DNA of 64,000 bases from Leptolyngbyaceae cyanobacterium (GTDB taxonomy: Bacteria; Cyanobacteriota; Cyanobacteriia; Phormidesmidales; Phormidesmidaceae). The stretch covers positions 1,120,001 to 1,184,000 of the forward strand of contig CBDHHL010000032.1 of assembly GCA_965263355.1 (NCBI GenBank), read 5' to 3'. This document shows positions 30,470 to 38,127 of this stretch, piece after piece (position 1 is the first letter of the stretch; every line of letters starts with the position of its first letter). A model generated the notes under the pieces. It did no database searches, was not told where the DNA came from, and was given only the letters and a program-made list of their open reading frames with translations. The position numbers and the translations under genes are program-made.

Positions 30470-32656
30470 ATGAAGTTTTGGTTTACCTTGATTCGGTCTT
30501 TACCCTCCATTTCTGAGCTAGACCACAGTGGAGGAATTTTTACAGATAGTGAGGAATCTCGACCAATAGAATCCCAAATATTGAATGTTTTAACTTCAGA
30601 GATTCAGCCTGTGAGGCCAATTTTACCCCAAGGCAATCCCACATTGGCTCAAATACCGGGGAGTTTAATTGTATTTCCAAGCGTGATTGTTTCTGTCATT
30701 GTTTTACTATTGCTAAGCATTTGGGCTTACACCCGAGTGTATGTGATTACCCCCAATAACGAAGCCTTTGTGCGCACTGGGGGTATTTTTGTAAAACAAA
30801 AGAAGGTGATTCTCCATGGTGGCTGTATTGTGTTACCTGGTTTTCATGAGTTGACACGGGTACCGCTGCGAGAGATTTCTATCGATGTAGAACGGACCGG
30901 CAACTTGGCGGTGCGTACCCAGGATTATTTGCGGGCCGATATGCGGGTCACCTTCTATGTTTGTATTAATGGGGTAGATCAAGATGTGTTGACGGCGGCT
31001 GCAAGACTTTCGCAAAACGGCAAAATTACTCCAGAAGATATGAAAAATGCCCTAGAAAAACGGGCGGATGATGCCATTCGAGCGGCTGCAAAGACTAAGA
31101 ACTTGGCGGAGATTGACTCAGATAAACTGGGATTTGCCCAGGAAGTATTGAATCTGGTGCAGCAAGATCTAGGTAAGGTGGGATTGACCCTTAATAATAT
31201 TGCGATTTCTGAAGTTCAGGAGAGTGATACCTATGATGAGAATAATTTCTTTGATGCCCAGGGTGTGAGGCTGCGTACAGAGACGATTCAGCGCTCTATC
31301 CAGCAAAAACGTGAGGTGGAACTAACTACCCAGGTGGCCATTGAGCAGAAAGAATTAGATGCGGAGAAACGGTCTCTACAGATTGCTCAGGAAAAAGCTA
31401 GTGCTCAATTGGAGCAAAATCTTGAAGTGGAGGCGATGCGCGCTCAGAGAGAACGGGAAGTGCAAGAGGCAAAGGCCAGGGAGACTGCTACAGCTCAAAA
31501 GACTCAAATTCAGCAGGAAAAAGCGGTTGAGGAAGAAGAGATTCAGCGCAAACTGTCGGTTCAACAACGGCAAATCGATGCTGATATTGATCTAGAAGAA
31601 CAAAACAAGAAGCTAAAGGTAACCCAGGTTCTGCAAAAGCAAGAGGCAGAACTAGCTGAAATTAACCGTAAAAAGGCAATTGATGCGGAGTCTTTAGAGG
31701 CTCAGGTCTTTTTAGAAGAGCAGAATAAGAAGCTGAAAGTGGCCCAGGCTGTTCAGCAACAGGAAGCAGAACTGGCGGAAATTACCCGTCAGAAGACAAT
31801 TGATTCAGAAACCCTGGAAGCTCAGGTCTTTTTAGAAGAGCAGAATAAGAAACTAAAGGTAGCTCAGGCAGAGCAACAGCAGGAGGCCGAGCTGGCAGAA
31901 ATCACCCGTAAGAAAATGGTGGATTCTCAAACTTTGGAAGCTCAGGTGCAGGTGGCGGAATCTGAGCGGTTGGCGCGGACTGCTCAGGAAGAGGTTGCGA
32001 TCGCAATCGCTCAAAAACGTCAGGAAAGCTTTATGGCAGAAGCTGCCCGTGCTCAGGCAGAGGCCTCGGTGCAAACTGCCACAGAAGTAGAAGAAGCCGA
32101 AAGAGCTAGACAGCTTGCCGTTATTGAAGCTGAGCAAAGGGCCCAGGAAGTTAAGATTGCCGACCAAAACGTGGTAGAAATTGAAGTCTTTCGCCGTCGG
32201 CGTCAGGCGCAGGTGGCTAAGGAAGCAGCCGAGCTGGAAGCGGAAGCAATTCGTACTCTAGCAGAGGCCAATAAAGATAAGGCCCTGGCAGAAGCCGATG
32301 GTATTCGTTCCCAGATAGAAGCCAAGAATATTATTAGTGATGCCAATTTGACTGCTGATGTGTTGCAAACTATTTGGCCTGATTTAGCAGAGCGCTTACC
32401 AGAGGTTCTACAAGCCCTGGCACCTCAACCAGGAGTGTTGGGAGATACTCGGGTATATTCATTTCCTGGTGCCAATGGGGGAAATGGGGCTCAGGACATT
32501 AATAAGCTACTGCTCTCTACCAGTGGTTTATCGTTAATTAACTCTCTCTTAGAGGATGGCAAATTAGGGAACGTAGTTGGTAAAGTTAGCCAGTTGTTAC
32601 AGAATAAGACAGCAGAGGTGACTGAAATGAATCCGGAACCTCCTGAAGCCAGTTGA
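30470..32656 (+). CDS. flotillin / SPFH (YqiK-like) protein
   Basis: EAFVRTGG, DENNFFDAQG and an extended A/E/Q coiled coil. Confidence 0.92.
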   Translation: MKFWFTLIRSLPSISELDHSGGIFTDSEESRPIESQILNVLTSEIQPVRPILPQGNPTLAQIPGSLIVFPSVIVSVIVLLLLSIWAYTRVYVITPNNEAFVRTGGIFVKQKKVILHGGCIVLPGFHELTRVPLREISIDVERTGNLAVRTQDYLRADMRVTFYVCINGVDQDVLTAAARLSQNGKITPEDMKNALEKRADDAIRAAAKTKNLAEIDSDKLGFAQEVLNLVQQDLGKVGLTLNNIAISEVQESDTYDENNFFDAQGVRLRTETIQRSIQQKREVELTTQVAIEQKELDAEKRSLQIAQEKASAQLEQNLEVEAMRAQREREVQEAKARETATAQKTQIQQEKAVEEEEIQRKLSVQQRQIDADIDLEEQNKKLKVTQVLQKQEAELAEINRKKAIDAESLEAQVFLEEQNKKLKVAQAVQQQEAELAEITRQKTIDSETLEAQVFLEEQNKKLKVAQAEQQQEAELAEITRKKMVDSQTLEAQVQVAESERLARTAQEEVAIAIAQKRQESFMAEAARAQAEASVQTATEVEEAERARQLAVIEAEQRAQEVKIADQNVVEIEVFRRRRQAQVAKEAAELEAEAIRTLAEANKDKALAEADGIRSQIEAKNIISDANLTADVLQTIWPDLAERLPEVLQALAPQPGVLGDTRVYSFPGANGGNGAQDINKLLLSTSGLSLINSLLEDGKLGNVVGKVSQLLQNKTAEVTEMNPEPPEAS
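31595..31954 (+). repeat. 3 x 120-bp (40-aa) intragenic tandem repeat in flotillin
   Basis: EEQNKKLKVxQxxQxQEAELAEIxRxKxxDxxxLEAQV starting at 31595, 31715 and 31835. Confidence 0.9.
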
Positions 32657-32675
32657 CGACTAGTTAAGAAAATGT

Positions 32676-32713
32676 CCTAAAAAGCCTTGGCTTACGATCC
32701 AGGGCTTTTTAGG
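32676..32713 (+). terminator. intrinsic terminator after flotillin
   Basis: CCTAAAAAGCCTTGG-loop-CCAGGGCTTTTTAGG. Confidence 0.75.
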
Positions 32714-32935
32714 CTTGATTAGCCTAGGCGCTTACACTTATCCAATCAGTCTAAATTTTTCAGGGTCAATAGTTAGTTCTTAAAGTTTGCTTACCAGTTT
32801 CTCAGCTGAGTAATGAGCGATAACTATTTCATTACAGCAACTTTATGACATGTACATCAGATGACTACGAAAATACTTCCCTGTAATTGAAGTTATTGCC
32901 AGTGTGCTCAAGGCAATAAATTAGGAATCGTAGTT

Positions 32936-33754
32936 ATGGATAGACTGAAGATAACATCAAGGTTAATAGGGTGTGGGCTGATTGCAGGCTTGACAGTACT
33001 AAACGTACGTCCAGCCATAGCATTTCATGATGAGACTGATACCCTAGAGGCTTTGGTACCTGGTTCTAATGATTTTTCAGCTCATGCGGGTGATGTGATC
33101 AAAATTCGTGCCCAGAGTTCAGATGGTAATACGACGTGTTTGCCAGATGTGACTCCCACAGAAGAGTTGCTGCTGCTGGGTGAGGTAAAGCGAACTGCTA
33201 GCGATCGCACCTATGTATTTCAGGTTTATCAGGATGGTACCTATGAGTATCGGTTGCCAACGCCTTTAGATGAAACGGGGAGTTGTTCCATAACCGTGGG
33301 TGTGGCGACACGGTATGAAACATTGATGCTTGAGGCACGGGAGTTAGAGCGTAATAGCTATTGGGTTGCAGCTGAAGGGCAAGTTTCTCAAGCTCTGCAA
33401 ATGCAAAATGATGCACTAGCGCTTTACCAACAAGCAATTGAGTTGGAACCAGACTATCCTGATGCCTATAAGCGAGTGTTAGGGCTGTTGTTAGAAATTA
33501 ATGTGACTGATTTTGATCCAGAACAAGGTGATCTGGATGAGCTAGGAGAAGTTTTTCTGCGTTGGCCAGATTCAGTGCGGATATCTATGCTGACACATTT
33601 AGAGACACTGGCTCAGATCTATGAAAAATCTCCTGATTGGCGAGAAGATAAAGGGGATGATCCTTTATTCCTAAAGGGTTTTGCCGATTTTGTTCGGACT
33701 GGGAATGCACCTGATGTAGTAAGAGAGCTATTACTGGAAGGTCGAGGGGGTTAG
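32936..33754 (+). CDS. secreted hypothetical protein with TPR
   Basis: Signal peptide ending AIA, a beta-rich N-domain and the TPR ALALYQQAIELEPDYPDAY. Confidence 0.65.
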   Translation: MDRLKITSRLIGCGLIAGLTVLNVRPAIAFHDETDTLEALVPGSNDFSAHAGDVIKIRAQSSDGNTTCLPDVTPTEELLLLGEVKRTASDRTYVFQVYQDGTYEYRLPTPLDETGSCSITVGVATRYETLMLEARELERNSYWVAAEGQVSQALQMQNDALALYQQAIELEPDYPDAYKRVLGLLLEINVTDFDPEQGDLDELGEVFLRWPDSVRISMLTHLETLAQIYEKSPDWREDKGDDPLFLKGFADFVRTGNAPDVVRELLLEGRGG

Positions 33755-33843
33755 AGAGAGTATATGGGGTGTGATTGATTGCAACTAATTTTCAGCTGGT
33801 ACCAGCTACTCTTGCTGATACCAGGCAAACTAAAGATGCACGA

Positions 33844-34890
33844 CTAGGCCGTACGATGTTGATTTTGTAGTTGTCGACTCTTTGCTACGTGTTGGGCGGC
33901 TTCAACGGTAGAAATATTAGCACTGCTGGCATAATTAAAAATTTCTAGTAATGTACCATAGATACTGTGAATATGATTGTTTACCTTGGTTGTTTGGTAC
34001 CCAATTAATTCGTGATAGACATTAATAAGCCCACCCGCATTAATGACAAAATCAGGACAATAAAGAATCCCTTTTTGCTTGAGTGATACTGCATCTTGAG
34101 ATGCATTTGCTAGTTGGTTGTTTGCACACCCTGCAATAATTGGAGCCTTGATGTTTTGCAACGTAAATTGATTAATCACACCACCCAATGCACAGGGTGA
34201 AAATACATCGGCATCTAGCCCCATTATTTGATTAGGAGGAACAACGGTTGCTTGATAGCGTTGTTGTATCCAGGCTGTTTTCTGGGTATCTAAATCACTG
34301 ACAAACAACTGAGCACCTTGTTCTGATAGATCATGACAGAGGGCTTGGCCCACATTGCCTAAGCCTTGAATTGCTACTTTTAAGCCCCTCAGAGTGTGAG
34401 ATTGCCATCGAAATGCTACGGCTGCTTTAATGCCCAATAGCACACCTTGAGCTGTTGCGATCGCAGGTCCTCCTCCTTTTTCTTCAACTCCAACAACATG
34501 ATTAGTAATTTGATGCATGGTGCGAACATCTTGAGCATTCAGGTTAACGTCTTGCCCGGTAACAAATCGACCACCCAGGCTATCGACAAAACGAGCATAG
34601 GCTTTGAGTAAGGTGTCTGTTTTTGCATCAGGATGGGCAATAATTACCCCCTTTGCGCCTCCAACCGGAATCTTGGCACAAGCGGCCTTATAGGTCATGC
34701 CTCGGCTTAGGCGCAGAACATCTTTCAGAGCATCGGCTTCATCAGTGTAGGGCCAGAGACGCGTGGCCCCCATAGCCCACCCAGGTGTGGTGTCATGTAA
34801 GGCGATAATGGCCTTTAGCCCTGTAGCCCTATGGCGACAGTACAAAACCTGCTCGTGGTCTGAACTTTGAATTGTTTGAAAGAGTTCCAT
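33844..34890 (-). CDS. Glu/Leu/Phe/Val-family dehydrogenase, ScyB-like (probable tryptophan dehydrogenase)
   Basis: HEQV, MGATR, RLSRGMTYKAACA, GGAK, TGQDVN, VVGV, GLGNVG, PCALGG, ANNQL and NAGGLINVY. The substrate-pocket motifs match Nostoc ScyB, as recalled, rather than Bacillus LeuDH. Confidence 0.88.
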   Translation of the reverse strand: MELFQTIQSSDHEQVLYCRHRATGLKAIIALHDTTPGWAMGATRLWPYTDEADALKDVLRLSRGMTYKAACAKIPVGGAKGVIIAHPDAKTDTLLKAYARFVDSLGGRFVTGQDVNLNAQDVRTMHQITNHVVGVEEKGGGPAIATAQGVLLGIKAAVAFRWQSHTLRGLKVAIQGLGNVGQALCHDLSEQGAQLFVSDLDTQKTAWIQQRYQATVVPPNQIMGLDADVFSPCALGGVINQFTLQNIKAPIIAGCANNQLANASQDAVSLKQKGILYCPDFVINAGGLINVYHELIGYQTTKVNNHIHSIYGTLLEIFNYASSANISTVEAAQHVAKSRQLQNQHRTA

Positions 34891-34936
34891 GGTTTTGAGT
34901 TCTTAATACAATAACAGTCGACAATTATTGGGATGG

Positions 34937-36121
34937 TTAAGCTTGAGCACAAATCAGTGAAACCAGGGGCACGCCGTTATAACCAAAATTGAGGTAATGA
35001 TCAGCATGCTTTTGCAGAGTAAGTATGGGCGAGATGATCAAGGCATCAGTGCAGGAGGGGTTTAAGGTATAACCGCTCTGCTTTAGTCGGTTAACCCAGG
35101 ATTGAGCAGTTTCGTGGCGTTCAATACGGGCAGTGTTATCAGCTTTTAGTACATCAACAACTTCACGACCAAAGAAGCAGGTTTTTAAGCCATTTTTGCT
35201 TTGCTGATCAATTGCCAGAACGTCGATCATTTTGAAGACACTACTATAATGACGCCAGCAATTTTGAAATCGAATACGAAAGTCTGGCTCCAGATGATCG
35301 GTGTTAGGCTCAGATAAGACAATGAGTGCTGGATTGAGCTGATGCAGACGCTGTAGCATTTCTGTGCGTACATCTTGCCCAGCTTTATCACAAATATGAT
35401 GTAATGCAAAAGAAGCGTTTATGATAGGGCGATCACATTGATCCTTCAATTGTTGCCAGTCTTGAGCATTGAGATCTTCAATGCCATTACGAAACGCGGT
35501 AAAGGTAACATCAAGCCCAAGCTCATAGGCAGCAGCTAAGATTGTTTGTTGGGCTAGAGATAGGCTTTGTAATGAGGGTTCTATCCCAATAATGTTGACC
35601 CGTTGAGGTTTTCTATGTAGACAGGCTAACTGGTGAAGCAACTCGACCATTTGCCTGCCAGTCCCAATGCCGATATCAATCAGTGTGATATCATCGCGTC
35701 CATTGCAGGCGTCAATGAGTAAGCCGGTTGCGAGTTCGCTGATTTGTGAGACTAAAGGTACCTGGTTGGCTAACAGATTAAACAGTTGAATTTGTGGGAT
35801 TTCATAGGGTTTTAGGTAAAGATTGGCTTTGTCGGCCACACTATTAGAGAGGCGCTCTGCCAGGGCACGGGCAAAAATTAAATGAGCGATCGCATTGGAA
35901 TCAGTGGCGATATTGAGACTATCTAACAACTGGTTTAACTGAGCTTGAGCTGCACACATGTTCCCTTGCGCAATCAAATCTACAACGTTGAAAAGTCTCG
36001 TTTGATTCAAACTTGTTTGATTACGGTTAATGGTGACTGTGGGTTCAACCGGATAATGCTCTAACATCATCCTCACTCTAATATCAGTAATCGGTGCTAA
36101 TGTCTTCAGATTAGGTGTCAT
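34937..36121 (-). CDS. bacterial GRAS-family protein (Rossmann methyltransferase fold)
   Basis: FARAL, ITLIDIGIGTGRQ (VHIID equivalent with GxGxG), IIGIE, INASFALHH, LNPALIVLSE, RFxNCWRHY, FFGREV and RIERHE...W..RL..SGY. ATG 36121 with a GAGG RBS. Confidence 0.85.
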   Translation of the reverse strand: MTPNLKTLAPITDIRVRMMLEHYPVEPTVTINRNQTSLNQTRLFNVVDLIAQGNMCAAQAQLNQLLDSLNIATDSNAIAHLIFARALAERLSNSVADKANLYLKPYEIPQIQLFNLLANQVPLVSQISELATGLLIDACNGRDDITLIDIGIGTGRQMVELLHQLACLHRKPQRVNIIGIEPSLQSLSLAQQTILAAAYELGLDVTFTAFRNGIEDLNAQDWQQLKDQCDRPIINASFALHHICDKAGQDVRTEMLQRLHQLNPALIVLSEPNTDHLEPDFRIRFQNCWRHYSSVFKMIDVLAIDQQSKNGLKTCFFGREVVDVLKADNTARIERHETAQSWVNRLKQSGYTLNPSCTDALIISPILTLQKHADHYLNFGYNGVPLVSLICAQA

Positions 36122-36214
36122 CAGTGTGCCTCTTTCAATAGTTTGTGGACTCTCGATTAACAAAAGATTAGGCGACAACTTTTTATCTCGAATGGTGAAA
36201 GTATCTGGTGTGAC

Positions 36215-37036
36215 TTAAAAAGCCTGGTTGTCTCGGATGTGTGAGTCATTAAATAGAAGAGCGGTGGTTGCTTGCTGCATAATATCAGTCGTATCAAATA
36301 AATCGCCGTTGTAAATTTGGAGTTGTTCAGGGCAGTCTTGCCAAATTTGTTGCCAGCCGTCGGGAAAGCGGGTGTGATGGATGAGTTCAGCGCCATTGGG
36401 CCCCCAGGCTGCTTCAAATATCAGGCTGTCATTGTCTGATTCTGCGTCGGTATCGCCTGGCGTTTGAATGCCGAGACGGTCATAGAGATTAATCAGGGTT
36501 CCGTCCTGGGTGTAGCTTATGCCATTGCCACAGTAATCGGCTCTGGCCATGCGGGTGCAGGCCTGATGATAATCTCTTAGGGAAGTACCCTGCTCTGTTT
36601 GCCAAGGGCGATAGCCCCACAGGGCACATTTGGCGATAACACCGCTGGTGCAGGCAAATGTGATTTCGTCGTTGGCAACATAGGCTCCGGTGTCGTCCCA
36701 TTCACCCTGGAGGGGAATGACTTTAGTGCTGCCATCGGGAGCGGGGTTACACAGGTTATGCCACTCAAAGGTATCGGGGTCTTGATACTGGATGGTGTAG
36801 AGGTAGGTTTCTTGCTGGGGATCGTTGTTATCCAACTCTGGGTCGGTAACTTTGATGGTGAGAGATGCACCGCTGGTCGTTTCCAGGGTGGTGGGCCTAT
36901 CTTGCAGTTGTCCTTCAACATAGAAGGGGACCTGTAATGTTAATCCATGGCCTGGTAATACTGCTTGAGAGAAGCTTAGGGCCGAGACCGTAAGTAAAAG
37001 TGGATTGATTAGAGAGGATAGAGTTACGAATCGCAT
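36215..37036 (-). CDS. secreted ADYC-domain protein
   Basis: Signal-like N-terminus, then NLC, GEWD, TFAC...AKC..WGYRPW, HQACTRMARADYCGNG and FEAAWGPNGA. Confidence 0.85.
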   Translation of the reverse strand: MRFVTLSSLINPLLLTVSALSFSQAVLPGHGLTLQVPFYVEGQLQDRPTTLETTSGASLTIKVTDPELDNNDPQQETYLYTIQYQDPDTFEWHNLCNPAPDGSTKVIPLQGEWDDTGAYVANDEITFACTSGVIAKCALWGYRPWQTEQGTSLRDYHQACTRMARADYCGNGISYTQDGTLINLYDRLGIQTPGDTDAESDNDSLIFEAAWGPNGAELIHHTRFPDGWQQIWQDCPEQLQIYNGDLFDTTDIMQQATTALLFNDSHIRDNQAF

Positions 37037-37081
37037 GGTTAATACCTGAAATATTAGACCAGTGAAATTTTCAATCAGGGA

Positions 37082-37128
37082 AACCAGAGTTCACAGTTTA
37101 GAGAAGAAATAGAAAGAGAACTCTGGTT
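37082..37128. other. intergenic stem-loop inside the operon
   Basis: AACCAGAGTTC (37082-37092) pairs with GAACTCTGGTT (37118-37128). Confidence 0.7.
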
Positions 37129-37157
37129 CCGTGTTGTTGGGCGATGGTTAAGCTCTC

Positions 37158-37832
37158 TTATTTGGCAGCATGACCGTCTAATGAAGTGCCCTGTGTACCA
37201 TTGCTTTTAGGGGCATGACCACTTAAGGAGATGCCGTTGTGCATAGCTTTAGGGGCATGACCATTCAAGGAAGTGCTTTGGACAGCATGCCCTTTGGCAG
37301 CATGACCATTAGGAGCCTGTCCGTCTGGGGAGGAGCTGTTTATGGCCAATCTCTTAGGAGCTTGTCCGTCTAAGGAAGAGCTGTTTATGGCCAATCTCTT
37401 AGGAGCTTGTCCGTCTAAGGAAGAGCTGTTCGGTAATGTAACTTTAGGAGCCTGTTCGTTTAGGGAAGAGCCGTTTATGGCCAACCCCTTAGGAGCTTGT
37501 TCGTCTAAGGAAGAGCTGTTTTGACTGATTGCTTTAGGAGCCTGTCCGTTTAGGGAAGAGCTGTTAAACGTTGCTGCTTTAGGTGCATGACCATTTAAAG
37601 AAGTACCATTATTGATTGCTTTAGGAGCCTGTCCGCGTAAGGAAGAGCTGTTAAGCACTACTCTGTCCTTATCACTTTTGGGAGATAGTGGCTGGAAAAA
37701 GGAGGCTTTTGCCGAATTTGCTTTAGGGGATGAGTTTTCTAAAGAGACTGTGTTGGCATTGGCGATTGTTGTCAAGCTTAGTACAGATGTAAATGCACAA
37801 GCGGCGGCCATAGAGAAAGAAATGCGCTTCAT
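37158..37832 (-). CDS. secreted repeat protein with 11 x N(S/G)xSL(N/D)G(Q/H)APK units
   Basis: Sec-type signal MKRISFSMAAACAFTSVLSLTTIANA, an AGGAG RBS and repeats with a 42-45 bp period. Confidence 0.85.
   Translation of the reverse strand: MKRISFSMAAACAFTSVLSLTTIANANTVSLENSSPKANSAKASFFQPLSPKSDKDRVVLNSSSLRGQAPKAINNGTSLNGHAPKAATFNSSSLNGQAPKAISQNSSSLDEQAPKGLAINGSSLNEQAPKVTLPNSSSLDGQAPKRLAINSSSLDGQAPKRLAINSSSPDGQAPNGHAAKGHAVQSTSLNGHAPKAMHNGISLSGHAPKSNGTQGTSLDGHAAK
37161..37660 (-). repeat. ~45-bp coding tandem repeat array
   Basis: The unit gagctgtttatggccaatctcttaggagcttgtccgtctaaggaa is exactly duplicated at about 37333-37422, with diverged copies on both sides. Confidence 0.9.
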
Positions 37833-37896
37833 AGATTCAGACTCCTAATAGTTTGTGGGATTTTGGAAAGAACAGTTCGTTTGCTGTTCTGATAAC

Positions 37897-38049
37897 AGAG
37901 TATGGAAGTAGGCGTCCTGAAAACGTCCGCTGGCGTCCTGGGAAAAAATAGCGTTGATCCTATGGCTTGAGATACGTTCGTATCCCTTGAAATCACTAGG
38001 CTACAGTGCCAATGTGACGCGAAAACGTCCTGAAGCCTCAGGACGTTTT
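37897..38049 (-). promoter_or_regulatory. putative SARP-dependent promoter: phased GGACG(CC/TT) heptamers, -10 TACTCT and an upstream palindrome of the same motif
   Basis: Heptamers at 37932-37938, 37922-37928 and 37911-37917, an 8-bp spacer, then TACTCT at 37902-37897. AAAACGTCCTGA-agcc-TCAGGACGTTTT at 38022-38049. Confidence 0.6.
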
Positions 38050-38075
38050 TCATATCTATGAAGAGCAAGTGTGCT

Positions 38076-38118
38076 AAAAAATTCCCCAAAAGGCATTCAC
38101 CCGGTGACCTGTTTGGGG
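38076..38118 (-). terminator. probable terminator after the SARP-STAND gene
   Basis: CCCCAAACAGG...CCTTTTGGGG followed by a T-run on the minus strand. Confidence 0.55.
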
Positions 38119-38127
38119 CATAAAAAA

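Noticed and set aside
33844..34890. Scytonemin biosynthetic cluster
   Set aside because: Only a ScyB-like gene is present. scyA, scyC-F, ebo and trp duplicates are absent from the window.
37161..37660. Repeat-spacer-like array as a possible CRISPR
   Set aside because: The period is a multiple of 3 (42-45 bp), the variable parts are only about 12 bp, the array lies in an open frame with signal peptide and RBS, and no cas genes are present.
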